Source: Lama glama
Taxonomy: Eukaryota
Direction of reading: 5' to 3'
Assembly (NCBI GenBank): GCA_028534125.1
Contig: CM052817.1
Coordinates: 99,884,001-99,948,000, forward strand
Length of the DNA: 64,000 nt
Below are positions 38,241 through 51,876 of this stretch, piece after piece. Numbering within the stretch: the stretch's first letter is position 1; every line of letters starts with the position of its first letter. The notes beneath the pieces are model-generated. The model had not been told where the DNA came from, searched no databases, and saw only the letters and a list, made by a program, of their open reading frames with translations. Position numbers and translations under genes: made by a program.

Positions 38241-38632
38241 ATTTTGCTTTGAGGCTCAAAAGCAGTAATCTTCTTTATTTACTAAATTCCTGTTTTTACT
38301 AATAAACCAGGGTCACCTAGCGTTTGGTGAATATTTATTTCAAGGGAAACACATGAGTAAAAATTTTGAAATAAAAAATTTCAGTTAAGCTCAGGGTCAC
38401 CTGCGTCTCTTATCTTCTGGCTTCTGACCGATGGAATAAGAAGTTGTACAAAGATTGAGAGTCCAATGGGCAGTGAAGAACCGATTCCATTCATCTGTGC
38501 CAATATATTAAATCTCCCTTCCTTATCTTCTTCAACAGTGCAGAGTTTTTCATAAACTCTCCTTAAAGAATATATCTTAAGGTGAAAATATAACTTCTCA
38601 CCCTGAATCCAAGCACCTTTGGAATACGGTGC

Positions 38633-39138
38633 TGTATTAGTTTTCTATTGCCACTGTAACAAGTTACCAAAAACTCTCGTGGCTTTAAACAACACAAATT
38701 ATTAGTTTACAGTCGTATTGTCTTACTGTAGGTTAGAAGCCCAGCAGGTCTCACTGGGCTAAAATCAAGATGTCAGCAGGACTTGTCTTCTTTCTGGAGG
38801 CTCTCGTGGTGAGTCTATCTCCCTGCCTTCTCGGGCTCCAGGAGGCCACCTGCTTTCCTTAGCTCACGGCCCCCTCCTCCATTTTCACAGTCAGCAGTGT
38901 CACATCTCTCTGACCATCCTTCTGCAGTCACGCCTCCCTCTCCAACTTTTAAGGACCCTTGTGATTACATCGGGCTTACCTGCATCTTTCAGGACAATCT
39001 CTCTATTTAGACAGCTGATTAGCACCCTTAATTCCATCTGCAGCCTTGATTCCCCTTTGTTGTGTAACCTGATCTGTTCACAGGCTCAGGGATTAGGAGG
39101 TAGACAGCTTTGGGGGGACCATTACTCTGCCCACCACC
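38633..39138 (-). mobile_element. MaLR solo LTR (MLT1-type)
   Basis: Begins tgtattagttttctattgccactgtaacaagttacc, contains ctgggctaaaatcaagatgtcagcagg and ends ggggaccattactctgcccaccac. Confidence 0.85.
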
Positions 39139-39714
39139 ATTGCTATATACATTCAGCTTGGAGAGCTCTTGAAGAAGTTTGAGAACATAGCATAATCAGA
39201 ATGCTTGTAGAAGTTTAATCTGACTGCGTAAGTTTGGGAGATGCTGAGGAAGTAGGGACACACATTAGGGTCTAGAAACGAGTGGTGGGAATGAGAAAGA
39301 AAAAGAGAAGCTGGGTCTGAGAAGTGATGTGAAGGGAGAAGCTAATTAGACAATGACCTTTTCCATGAGGAGCTGGGCAGAGGTTTGAGTTTGGACGTAT
39401 TTGAAATATCTTGAGGTGGTTCTGCTGTTAAAGAAGGAGTGCTGGTATTGAGACAAATCAGCAAAATATTCAGGTGGTTCACTGGTCGATATGTACAGGG
39501 CCGTTGTAAAAGTTACCATTTACAAAAGCAATACAATTCTAAGATATTTTGAATAAACCTACAAAATATGTAAAAGGCCTTTACAGGGGAATTTATAAAA
39601 CTTTATTGAAATGCATATAAGAAGACTGAAATAAATGGAAAGCCCTGTAGTTCGTAGGTATTGTGTAGGTAACACTTTTCCTGCAAATCAATCTGTACAG
39701 CTAATGCAATTTAT

Positions 39715-40650
39715 GTTTTCAACTTTTTATTATGAAAAAAGAGCAAAATTGAGAAAACTTGGAAGAATACCAAAATGAACACCATATACACACCACTTGC
39801 ATTCAACATTGTTGATATGTTGTCGTGCTATGGTATATTTCTCATCTATGCATTTTAATTTTTGCTGTGCCATTTGAAATTAAGTTATAGACATTTAAAG
39901 TTGTTACAGACATTTAATACTCTAGTATGTATCTCATGCAAATAAGGATATACACCTACATAATCACAATACCATTACTATTATACCTAAGAAAACTATA
40001 TAATAATTTCATAATATGATCTAACATCCAGTTTCCCAATTATGCCCAAAATGACTTTTACAGATTTTTTTTTCAAAGTGGAATTCAATATAAGATACAT
40101 TTCTTTTTTTTTAAATTTTTTAAAATTTTATTTTATGGAGGGGGAGGTAATTAGCTTTATTTATTTATTTATTTATTTAATGGAGATACTGAGGATTGAA
40201 CCCAGGACCTTGTGCATGCTAGGCATGCGCTCTACCACTGAGCTATACCCTCCCACCACAAGATACATTTCTAACCGTCATGTGCCTTTAGTCTCTTCAT
40301 CTGTAACAGCCTGCCACTTTTTTCTCTCATGACAGTGACTTTTTAAGAGATGGGCCATTGTCTGTAGAATGTTCCACATTCGGGCTTTGTCTCTTGTGTA
40401 GCTTGACTTGTTCCATCACTCATATTTCCTGCAGATTGGAAGTTAGGTCTAAGTGCTTCATTAAATTCAGATTGGATACTTTTGGCACGAGTGGTTTACA
40501 GTTGATGCTGTAGGCTTCTTACTGCTTTGCATCAAGCAGCACGTGTTAGGTCGTCCCACCACTGGTCATGCTTTGCTTGATCCCTTGGTTGGTTAAGGTG
40601 GTGACCCCTAAATACCTCCATTGTAGAGGTAAAATTTCCCCCTTGTTAAT
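39715..40650 (-). mobile_element. Old L1MC-like 3' end inserted antisense into the L1M remnant
   Basis: tttttattatgaaaaaa...aatgaacaccatatacacaccac...aataaggatatacacctacataatcacaataccatta resembles L1MC 3'UTRs. Confidence 0.6.
40105..40259 (-). mobile_element. tRNA-derived camelid SINE (Vic-1-like)
   Basis: Minus strand reads gggagggtatagctcagtggtagagcgcatgcctagcatgcacaaggtcctgggttcaatcc. 13-bp TSD aagatacatttct at 40092-40104 and 40260-40272. Confidence 0.9.
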
Positions 40651-40764
40651 TCTAATATTTAATTTGTGAGGTGTTAATGGGACTTAAAATCCCAATAGGG
40701 TTTTTCAAGGAATGTGACAAATTGATGCTAAAAGTAGCTGAGATGATTATGAGTAACGGTAACA

Positions 40765-41000
40765 ATAATGCATTTGTCAAGTACTTACGTTATGCCAGAT
40801 ACTGTTCTTATGTATTTATATATATTAATTCATCTACTCACAACCATAGATACAAGTGTTACTCCCTTTTTGTAGATGAAGAAATTCAGGCACAGAGACC
40901 TTAAGTAACATACAAGACTGCGTGGCTAGTAAGAGAGAGAGTCAGGATTTGAACTTGGGCAGTCTGACTCAAGCACCCATGTGCTTAGCCACTGCCTTAT
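40765..41000 (-). mobile_element. MIR SINE
   Basis: tttgtagatgaagaaattcaggcacagaga...aagtaac...gtcaggatttgaacttgggcagtctgactc. Confidence 0.75.
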
Positions 41001-41660
41001 ACATATGTAATGAAATATAAAATATCAAGACTTCCTATAAAGCACAAATCATAATGAAAAGATTGGAGTTAAGAACAAAAACACAGATTAGGGGAAGATA
41101 TTTGCAAAACATTTAACAAGTACTCAAAATAGACAAAAATATTTGTCATACTATACATTAATAAGAAAATGATGAAACCGTCTATTAGATAAATGGGCAA
41201 AGGGTATGAATGGACAATTCACAGAAGACACCCAAAGCTGATAATTATGTGAAAATATGCTTGTCTTCCTTAGTATCAGGCAATACAAATTGAATCCACA
41301 GTGAGACACCAGATAATGCTCCTCAGAGTGGCTAACCCTTAGACATCTAATAAAACGAATGCTGTCAAGGGGGTGGAGAAACAGGTACTCTTGCAAATAT
41401 AAATGGTACAATAACTCAGGAAAGCAATATGGCAATATTTAATAAAACTGGATATTTGCATCCCATGTGATCCTGCACCTTCACTGCTAGGTACCTGCAC
41501 TCGGGAAATCCGGCACATGTTTACAAGGATGCATGCACAAAGGTATTCACTAGTGATTTGAGGAAGAGAAAGAAATATATTAAGGGAAAGATGAATAAAC
41601 TGGTTTATTCTGTGTCAATGGAGTATTACTCAGCATTCAAAATGAGTGAATCATGGAGCA

Positions 41661-42277
41661 ACATTCCACTGTATGTATGTACATATATGTATACCACATC
41701 TTCTTGATCCATTCATCTGTTGATAGACACTTGGGTTATTTCCGTATCTTGGCTGTTAGAAATAATACCTCTGTGAACATTGGGGTGCATGTATCTTTTT
41801 AAATGAGTGTTTTTGTTTTCTTTGGATAAAAATGGAATGTTACTCAGCCATAAAAAAGAATGAAATTTTGCCATTTGGGATAGCATTGAATGGACCTGGA
41901 GCCTATTATGCTTAGTGAAATAAGTCAGATAGAAAAAGACAAGCACTGCATGTTTTCACTTATATGTAGAATCAAAAAGATAAAACCAGTGAACAAATAT
42001 GACAAAACAGAAATAGAGTCACAGATACAGAGAAGAAACTAGTGGTTGTCAAAGGGAATAAGAGTGGAGGGAGGGGCAATATAGGTGAAGGGGATTAAGA
42101 GGTGCAGACTATCAGGTATAAAACACCTAAGTCACAAGGCTCTAATGTGCAGCACAGGGAACAGAGTCAGTATTTTATAATGACTTTGAATGGAGTGTAG
42201 TCTATACAAAAATCTATGTTGAGTTATGTGAAAACTAAAATAATATTGTAAGTCAGCTATATTTCAATAAAAAATAA
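41661..42277 (+). mobile_element. 5'-inverted (twin-primed) L1 insertion
   Basis: 41661-41830 is L1 ORF2-end sequence on the minus strand. 41831-42277 is the directly downstream L1 sequence on the plus strand, ending tcaataaaaaataaa. Confidence 0.82.
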
Positions 42278-43904
42278 ATCCATCACACTTATTAGCACAT
42301 AACTGCATCTACAGGTATGAACACCAATAAATATAAAAATAAGCTGAGTTAAAAAAAGTAAGTTGCAAAAGATTATATGTGTTAGTTCACCGCTGTGGCT
42401 ACTTTTGGAGGCAAATGAAGGAGAAGGGGCTGTCTTGGGATTGGAGTAGGGTTTAGCTCTGTTTGTAATGTTTTGTTTTGTTTTTTTAAAAAATAAAGAG
42501 CACTCTGGAGAAATTATGCCCAAATATTAAAAATCTGTTAAATCTTGGTGATGGTTTTCTATTCTATTATGTTTTATATGTTTGTAGTACTTCATACTTT
42601 TAAAACTTAAATGTATTAGGACTAGAAGGGAACATGTTTTTAATGTTTAGATTTCCACTTATTATGTTTTAAGCAGGTTTCACAGAGTAATTGTTGCTTT
42701 TATAAAGACACATTTTAAAATACTTATAGTTCCTTAAAATTGGAGGAAAAACATCTCCAGCTGACCTTATTTGCTACAATGGAACACAGAGCTTCATTGT
42801 GTTAAGCTGCCCCTCAGGATAGATCCCATAATCTCATTTGTACCCAGTTTTCTATAATTACATCTGACAACATAATTAAAAAGAAGAGTCCTCTTTATGT
42901 TGAAGATAAAAGCATACTCTATTAACCATCCAGCTAAGGACCACAGTTGACAAAAAGCTTTCCCTAATTAGTATGATTGTCAAAGTGTGTTAGCATCAGG
43001 CTTTGGGAAGACTAATAACTCCTTCAGGAAACTGGACCACTTTTGCAAACTTCTGTTCTCGTGGCTGATAGGAGGAGCTTGCTGGTTCTGCTGCCTCCTG
43101 TCTCAAGATGGGCTTTCCCAAGAAAAGGAGGAGGGAACAATTTAGTGCCAGCAAATGGTTGGGGACTATATGACCCTATCTTCTTTTGATTTTTTTTTAA
43201 GCCAGTATTGATGATTAAGCCCTTGTCACTTGTTACACATGAGCAAGAGTAGAAAACAGCCTATATATACATTAGGAAATGCAAATTGAAATGAGCAACC
43301 TTTAGGTATACAGCTGCAGGTAGAACATTATTTATCCCATATCTAAAATTTATGAGGCTTTTTATTTTGGCAAGGTGTCACAAATGGTCTCCACCAGGTG
43401 TTTTGCTGCTAGCTTCAGACTAAAGCCATCTGTTCAAAATCTTTTTGTTTTTGCTGAAATTAACTGGGTACTATTAGATGTTTAAAGTTAAAGATGGACC
43501 TTTCCTGACTTGCTCACTGCTCTGTGCACGTTGCCTTTCTTCCGTCCACTGGGAACATTGCTGTGTGTAAACCATGATGCTCAGCTCTTCACATGCAGTG
43601 TTTCCTTTAATCCTTGCAACAGCGCAAAAAAGAAACTGAACTTTAGAGGACTTAAGTAACTGCCTGTAAATGGCAGGGTCAGGTTCAAAACCATGTTAGT
43701 CTGATACTGAAATCCATGGTCTTGATAGCTACCATGCTAAACTGCTGTCAGGGAAGTGGTTTGCTTTTTGAATTGTCTGTTATCCTTATGGGTTTATATG
43801 GTGATTAGTTTTTTTTAAGACTCTTGAAAAAAGATACATTAAAAATATTGGATTAATACTTAATGTGTTGGGAATAAATATAATGTTTTACAATTAGTTT
43901 CTTT

Positions 43905-44152
43905 TCCATTTTTAAAATTGAAGTATAGTTAGTTTACAATGTTGTGTCAATGTCTGGTATACAGCACAATACTTCAATCACATAGGAACATACATATATT
44001 CATCTTCATATTCTTTTTCACCGTATGTTACTACAAGGTATTGAATATAGTTCCCTGTGCTATACAGTATGAACTTGTTGTTTATCTATTTTATGTATAT
44101 TAGTATCTACAATTCTAGAACTCTCAATTTATCCCTCCCCCCCACCCTTCCC
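43905..44152 (-). mobile_element. Short L1 3' end
   Basis: aaattgaagtatagttagtttacaatg...gaatatagttccctgtgctatacag...atccctcccc, the same 3'UTR type as 61305-61575. Confidence 0.85.
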
Positions 44153-45999
44153 AACAATCACTTTTTCGTGGTCAGGATCAATAAAAAGCTAAAATAGTAG
44201 ATGAGCATTTTTTAAAATCAGCTGTTGAATGTCTATGTATTTTTTTAAATTTTCAAGTTAAAAATGAAGCTTAAGAATCAATAGATGGTTCCATTAAACT
44301 CTTGGAAAAATTATTGACAAGAGCTGTTGTTGCCCCTCCTTTTCCCTCATCCTGTTGCCACGGCACCCTGCACATCTCTTTGTGCAGTAATCATCTTTCT
44401 TGTGTTTATTAGTTTACCAGCTGTCTTCCCCATCTCACCTGTCTGACTTGTTCAGTGCTCTTTCCGCAGCACCGGCTGGCTGTAGAGTGCCTGGCCTGTA
44501 GTGTTCTAGAAGTATATATGGAAGGAATCTGACTCTGAGCAAGGTCTTGGAAAGGATGATGTAAAAATTTAGCAGGAAAGATTTGGAATCTTGCTCTTAA
44601 GACCACATAGTACTCTTCATCCTGCGGGATACCTTCTCCCGTGTTCCTCTGCTGCTCTGAAGGCTATAGCGGAGACGTTCTCTGGCTCCACTTCTGGTAG
44701 CGAGAACATGGCAGGGCTCCATGTCCAGCTGGACCATCCCTCTGTCCAGGCAGGCTTCTGTTCGCCTCTCAGCCATGCCCTCTTTTTAAAAAGTGACTAT
44801 TAGGTATGTGCTGTTTTTAATTACTGTCACTGATGTATGTAATTTGAAAATTAATGTTGCTGTAATTATATTGATATACTGAATAGTTATTCCCAGCTTT
44901 TTAGTCAGACAAATTAAGCCTGTCTTTATGAATTCATCTTCAAAGCCTCAAAGTGGTTAAGGAATCAGGAGTATGCAGAATTAAAGCCTTTGTTCTGTGG
45001 TTAATTTAGCATGAGTTAGCAAACATAATTGATTTTCAAAATGTGGCATCAAGATTAGATTTCCCTTCAAGGAGAACTTTTGGTCTCTGTTCTCTCTTGC
45101 CAGAGGTTTCTAATTTATAACAGGCAACTCACCGGGGTCACAGTTACAAAACTGTAATGAAAGTGATTTGTTTGGGTATGTTGAAGTTAAAGGAGTTAAA
45201 TACTTTAAATAGGAGACATTCTCCTTTGGGACCACAGATGCCCTGACTTTGTAAAAGAAATAAGTGCACTATCTGGTTTACTGTTGTACGTCCTGTACTT
45301 AACATAGTTCCGGGCCTTAAGGTGCTCAGTGATTTTTTTTTTAATGTAAGTGAATAAATGAGTGAATAAAGGTCCCTAGGAAACAGAACAGAGAAATGTA
45401 TATAATCTTTTGATTTCTCCAATATTGTTCATCTCTTTTTCTTACTGCCTCATACTCCACTGTGGGCCCTGATTCCATATCCCTGCCCAGACTCCCTCCC
45501 AGGGTGCCACCTGGTTTCCCTGCACTAGGACCTCCAGGTGCTCAGTCCCTGGGCCTGTCCTCTGTGCTTGAGCTGGGCGTCTTACTCATGGGAAGCATCA
45601 CCAGCCTCTGACATTCGACATACCTGCCTGTGCTGGACAAGTCATCCGCACCTCCAGTGTGAACTGGAGTGAATGAGTCAGGCCATGCAAGGTGGAGAAG
45701 ACGGCTGAGAAACTAATAAACGCAGGGAAGAGAGTCACTCCACAGGGGACACAGAGGATGCTGGGGGAAGAAGACAGGGGAAAAGGAGAGACAGCCGTTT
45801 GTAGATAATGTTTCCAAGTTCAGCATACCTTCTGACTTTCTGTCTTTGATGCCAAGCAGTACGGATTATTTTGTTATCTCATGTGTCTCAACCTCCCTTC
45901 CCTTCTCTCTCTGGTCTGCACAGCTTGAGGTACCATCTACACGGCACCTCCTGATCACCATCTCCAGGCTGGTCCCTCTCCTGAGCGTTAGCCCCACAT

Positions 46000-46470
46000 G
46001 CTGTCTGCTGGGCTGTCCACTGGGTCCCCGAGCTCTTTATTCTGTGCTCCAAGACCCTGCAGGATCTGCCTCCTGCTTACCTTGCCAGGCTCCTTCCACC
46101 TCTAGTTCTCCACCCCCATAGTACTGCCTTCTCTTATTCCTGGAAGATGCCATCTTCTCTGTCTCCTTTGAGCTTTTGTACATCTGCTGCAAGGAGTAGT
46201 TTTCCCTCCAGCACTCTTTTTCTGGCTAACTCCTATTTATTCTTCAGCAGCTTGGATATCACTTCTGAGAACATTTCCTGCTCCGAACACTCCAAGTCTG
46301 GCGTAAGGGCTTTTTGTAACATCCACAGAGACATATATTTTCTGTCATGTAGTCTGAGCATTTTTCCACTCTTATAATTGCTTGTTGATCTCTTATTAGA
46401 CACTGAGATCAGTGAACACTTTGCTGTTTCTTTTCTGGGCCTAACTCAGGAGTGAATGTTTTCTTGAATG
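46000..46470. mobile_element. Probable L2 relic
   Basis: Pyrimidine-rich ctggctaactcctatttattcttcagc...cttggatatcacttctgagaac resembles L2. Confidence 0.5.
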
Positions 46471-47663
46471 TTTCTATCCCATTGAGTCCCTCATCACCTC
46501 AGGGCTTACCCTTGAGCAACACCTTCTCTCGATCACTTCCTGGCTTCTGTTCTGGGCCATTTCTGTCCATCCTTTGCACATCTGCCAGGTCAGGGTCCCT
46601 AAGGTGCTGTTTGGCTAGCATCACTTCCCAGCACTGCGAAATTCATTGTTTTCCTTGGTCCTATTCTGCACAAGTGCCTAAAACCAACAGATGTTCAGCA
46701 TGGTGTTCCTTTTCTCCATTTCTGTCTCTTTAAGGCATCACTATTTTCTTAATCTTGATGAATCTTAATCCTGGTGAAGCTGAGTAACAGGACAGTTTGG
46801 AGTTCTCACTCACCCTCCCTTCCTGAGCATAAACGCTGGCAGTGTCGTTTAGGAACAGAGCACTGAGGGAGGAGGAAAACCTCATGAGCTTCGGGTTAAT
46901 ACTGGATGGATAGATATTGCAGTTACATCACCCTGGCATCCACTTTACAGGTGATACTGAGCTCTCTTTGCCCCTCTTTCTCCTGCTGCTGCTCCTTCAG
47001 TTTAGACCCCCTTTTGCTCTGTTTGAACTACTGACATCACATCTAACTGACCCTCAGTTCTTTCTTCTTGCTATAATTTGTGGAGATGAGATTAAAGTCC
47101 TTTCTAAACTGTACCCATGCACGTATCCATCATGACTTTAACATGTCAGCAGGAATCTTTGTCCTGAAGCTACTTGTGGTTCTCTTGTGAGATCTTCTGT
47201 CCGGTACTGCCTCAGTCCAGGGCATCCTCCCATGGACAGGAGTGTGGGTCACCCCTGCATTTGCACTCAGCATGTTGTAATATAACGCGTTCCTTATGGG
47301 TTTGCCCCTCTCTTCAACACCTTGAGGGCAGGAATCATGTTTTTTCCTCTTGCATGTGTCTCTCTTACTCCCTACGCCCCAACCCAGCATACACCTGGCG
47401 CGGAAGAGATCAGCAATGCACAGCATCTGCATATGGATTAGCCAAAGACCTCTGGGGCTTCTGGTCCCCCTGCTGGAGTTGTCCTTCCCTCCTGCCTCCA
47501 CCTGTGGAGTCCTCCCAGCTAGCTGCTGTCGCCAAATGCTTATACTACCTTGCTACCTAAAGGACAGTCTCTGGCCCAGCGGCAGTGAAATCACCTGGAA
47601 GTTGTTAGTTGCAGGTTAAGAACTTGGGGAAAGAGCTTATTACATTTTTATTTCCGAACACAG

Positions 47664-47822
47664 GTGCTTGCAACTGGGCTCAGTGGTCTCTACTCTTCCC
47701 TGCCTACGAAGCTAGAAGAGAAAGGCGAGGAATGGCACTGCCTCCTGAAAGACGACTGGCTCCTGCTGCCGCCCCTCGTCCAGTTCATGAACTCCCTGGA
47801 GTTCTGCAATGCTGTCATTCAG
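47664..47822 (+). CDS. FHIP1A: FHIP1A coding exon 3 (159 nt, aa 245-297)
   Basis: acacag|GTG acceptor and CAG|GTACCG donor. Encodes VLATGLSGLYSSLPTKLEEKGEEWHCLLKDDWLLLPPLVQFMNSLEFCNAVIQ, containing the FHIP family motif VLATGLSGLYSSLP. Confidence 0.96.
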
Positions 47823-48990
47823 GTACCGGGCAGAGAGGGGACCCTGTGTCGTGGTCCATCCAGAATGCAAGCAACCTGAAGGATCCGCTTATAAGCATCC
47901 CTTTTCTTACCTGAATAAATGTTTATGGAATACTGACGCTTTGCTTTAAGCACACTGAATGTCCTTGAATGAGGGAAAATGTTGTTAGTTGATAGGTTTC
48001 CAAGAAGTTTTAATTGAGAAAAAAAATGAGTAGATTTTCTTTATCTTCCTTATAAAAAGTGTTAATTCTGTTTTGATTATCCACTTAACCATCAAAAAGA
48101 AGTCCAATGCCTGATTCATTAAATAGATATTTTTAGGCTTGTGTGTACTTCAGATTATACCACTTTTACTTCAAGGTCTTCTTGGGAGTCTACAAAGGAA
48201 AACACTTTATTTTGCTTAATGGTGCATACTACATAAAGAATATTGTTATCCCAATTGAATTTAGAAGAAGTTAAGCATCATCTTAGCAACACAAATTTAA
48301 TTTGCTTTGAAATTGGCCCGCTTCGGGGAAAAAAGAACCACTGAACTCTAGTATATTTGGCTTCTTGATTAGATTTTACCTTCAGATTTCTTGTTACTGT
48401 TTTCAATAAAAACCAAATTTTATATATATTTAAGGGCATAGTAGGTTTTCATCAAAAATGTTTTATTTCTATATAGCACAAATATTTCCTTAATATTGGA
48501 TTTATTAAGAAATTGAATTTTCTTTATGGTGATTGTAAGATGAAAAATGTTAGTTATAATCTGTTTATCTACCAAATAAAGAAATAGCTTCTGGAAGAAA
48601 ATGCAAGTAAATTACTTTAGTTCCCATCTCATTTTTATTGCTAAGTCAAAGGAAATTTTATTTATGTATAAGATAAATGGATTACGTCTTGTTATTTTTT
48701 TTTCCTTTAGTATTGCATCCTATCAACATTTTCTTGCAGAAGTATGTGGAAATAAAAAAGATGGAACTATTAGTTTCTTCCCAAATGTACAAACAAAGAG
48801 AGATTATCAGTAATTTAAAGATCTAGCCTCTCTTCTCTAGAAATTGCTTTTTACTTTATTGTTTGCCTTTATAATTTTTTTTTTTAAGAAAGAGAAGTAA
48901 AGCTAACAGGCATGGACAGAGAAATGACACATTTCATAACACATTTTGAGATGGAGGCCAGTGTGTTTGGGGGAACTAGTGAAAAGATTA

Positions 48991-49328
48991 CAGTTGGCCC
49001 CCTGTATTTGCAAGTGCTGTACCTGTCGGGTCAACCAACAGAGGATCTGAAAAAATTAAAAAAAAAAAAAAGCTCTAAAAGGCAAACTTGAATCTGCTGT
49101 GCACCAGCAGCAATTTACATAGCATTTACATTGTTTACAACTATTTACATTGTACAAAGTATTAGAAGTAATTTGGAGATGATTGAAGGTATATGGGAAG
49201 ATGTATGCAGATTATGTGCAAATACTATGCCATTTTATATAAGAGACTTAAGCATTTGCAGATTTTGGTATCCTGGTGGAGTGGGGGCATCCTTGCACTA
49301 GTTCCCCACAGATACCCAGGGACGATTG
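48991..49328 (-). mobile_element. MER2-like TcMar-Tigger element, opposite orientation to the 27620 copy
   Basis: TA|cagttggccccctgtat ... gatacccagggacgattg|TA, with internal gacttaagcatttgcagattttggtatcc. Confidence 0.82.
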
Positions 49329-49933
49329 TACATATAAAAGATATTAGTTAGGGTTATCTGGAATAAATATATTTTGAAAAATAAATATAGGAAGTATCAT
49401 ACCGCTGATGATGTTTTCTGCTTTTGAAAAGTATCTGTCTTTTATGAAAAGTTTCTAAATGCCTTCCTCCCCAATATAAATGATTATCAGGAAATGTATT
49501 TTAAAGTAAGAATTTTTTTTCTGCTAGCAAAATGAATGTATTTAAATGTCCATTTTGACAATTCTTTTTTTTTGTTTGTTTGTTTTAATTAGTCACAAGT
49601 AGAGATAGGACAGAGATGAAGTTATGGAGCAAAAATTATACTTTCCAGTTTGCTGATTTTAATTTATGAGTCCATATGTATATCCGATCTATTTATTAGC
49701 TGTTTTTTCAAATAGAAACTTAAAATTTTCAAGTCCAAGCTGTTTATACTGGAATAAACCATCTGGAAAAATTATATGGCAGTTTGAAGTCTGATTTATT
49801 CTTAACCATGGAATAAATGGCCAAAATTTGGCTTTCCTGTTTGAATTCAGGATATACACAGAAGTATTTGTTTTTAAGAAGACCTAAAAATTGAACTCTT
49901 TGTCTTTTTCACGACTACTTGTTTCTCCCTTAG

Positions 49934-50020
49934 GTGGCTCACCCCTTGATTCGTAATCAGCTTGTCAGTTACATTTACAATGGATTCTTGGTCCCAGTCT
50001 TGGCTCCTGCTCTCCATAAG
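49934..50020 (+). CDS. FHIP1A: FHIP1A coding exon 4 (87 nt, aa 298-326)
   Basis: ttgtttctcccttag|GTG acceptor and AAG|GTCAGT donor. Manual translation gives VAHPLIRNQLVSYIYNGFLVPVLAPALHK, in frame with exon 3. It is not listed in the ORF track. Confidence 0.94.
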
Positions 50021-51876
50021 GTCAGTGATTGGCTGCTGTAATCTTTTCTCTGTTCGTAGTACAACCGATGGAAGCCAAGGAAGGCGAACACAGTATGGTT
50101 GACTTGATGGTGACTTGAGCCTTATTTCCCTTCTCCTTCCATCCGTATTCCTTACCAATAGCAAACACAGGTCCTCATGATGTTGACAGCCTAAGTCTGA
50201 TGGGATCCCTTGATGTCATAGACTAGGGCCTTGTCAATGTCAAGTTAAGGCAGTCTAAACAAGGACTGGCAACTAGACTGGCTCTTGCGTCTACTTGGGT
50301 TCATAGGTAGTGGCTACTTGGGGCTCTCTGTTGTGCCATCCTCTGAGCTTAACAAGTCTGTCAAAGCGAGCACATGGTTTGCTGAGGACATGGAGAGGGG
50401 GCACTGGTAGCACCAGTGCTATGGAGTTGCCATCTGCTTAATAGAACATAATTTTTTATTACAACAGTTTTATGACAGCAAAAATTAAAGTGAAGCCAAG
50501 TTAAGGTCCCATCAAAGGCTGGCTGTCTCATTAGCATCACTCTGAGTTCCTCATGATACGCTCATTTTGTATAATAAATCAACTGATATCTTTTCTGTTG
50601 TGAGCTGTCAGGAGACATCCATGGACCTGGAATTCTAATTTTAAGGAGTTTTCTTTTTCACTAAGAAAAGAGACATATATAGTGTTTAGTTCAGAGGATG
50701 TTTGTCTAGTTATTGGAGTTTCCAGCCCTGGTGGGGAGAGAAGCGAGGAGCAACGTATCACATGCCTTTTGATGGAATGCCCACCTTTGTGTATCTGGAA
50801 GTTCCATTTCCATGGGCTCCCGTCTTACAGAATCCAGGAGTACCTGATGACGGCAGCTTTGAAGCCTGGCTGTACCTCTGATGGCAGTTCTGGTTCAGAG
50901 CAGCAGGTCTCGATGGAAGATGTCCACCTCTTACCATCAGTGCCTTTTGAGCAGAGTGGTGATAATTCCCAAAACAAACAGGGCACTTGGCCTGACTAGG
51001 AGTTTTGTGTTACTTCACGGTTCAGGAGGTAATCTTGGATGTGGTTTGAACATCAGAATATTGAGGGTTCCCACAGAAGGGCTATGTCTTTGAAAATAAA
51101 TTTGTCTTAGAAAATATGGGACATATCTTTGGAAAAGACAAACCTTGTATTTGTTTCCAGGTGGTCCTTCTGTTAGTACCTTGCTGTTCTGGAGGTGGGG
51201 TGGGCGTCTCGTACTGAAGTTCCCTAAGCCTCTCTGCAGGGAGGAATTTTCCTAGCGCCCCGGAAATTCTTTGGGAGTAATTATCCATGTGCACTTTCGC
51301 ATATTTAGGCTTTTTTCCTCATTGATTCCCATCCTTTTTCCCACTGACCGGCTGATAGAAAATAATTCCCCAAGTTGTTATATGATAGCAATAATGGCGA
51401 TTATAATTTGTTCGGGATATTTTATGTTATTGTAACTAGCATACTTTGATGTTACAGATACTAATGATGATGCTTTATCCATAATTGAGGATAAGGTGCT
51501 CCTCGGAGAGCTGCTGTGAGGCTCTGACTGGTCACTGGGTACTTCTCCTTCCTAGCACTTACCACAAGTGAAAGTAAATCATGAAATGTTCAGTACCTTG
51601 TTCAGTGTCTCCACAAGGCTTTGCCTGCTTCTTGGGAGGGGAGAGTTCACACCTGTTTTATTCACTGGGGAATCTCCAGCGCCAGACAAAGTACCTTAGA
51701 CTTAGAGGGCTGAATAAGCAGCACACATATGGAATGATGCTTGTTAAAGTGCCAGGCAGGGTGTTTGCACTCAGTACAGTCCCAGCCAGTGGTTCATGGA
51801 GAAAAATAACAGCACTTTACGTATATTAACTAATATTGTTCCTTAATTATGCCTATAATAAAAACATGAGATTTAA

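Larger units (their letters stand above)
39500..42600 (+). mobile_element. Ancient L1 (L1M) ORF2/3' remnant, fragmented by later insertions
   Basis: Degenerate ORF2-like text at 39515-39710 resumes at 40685 (aaaatcccaatagggtttttcaaggaatgtgacaaattgatgctaaaa). It continues at 41040-41660 and 42310-42600. Confidence 0.6.

Noticed and set aside
50401..50419. 8-bp hairpin gcactggt-agc-accagtgc
   Set aside because: Short enough to occur by chance in 64 kb, with no supporting context.
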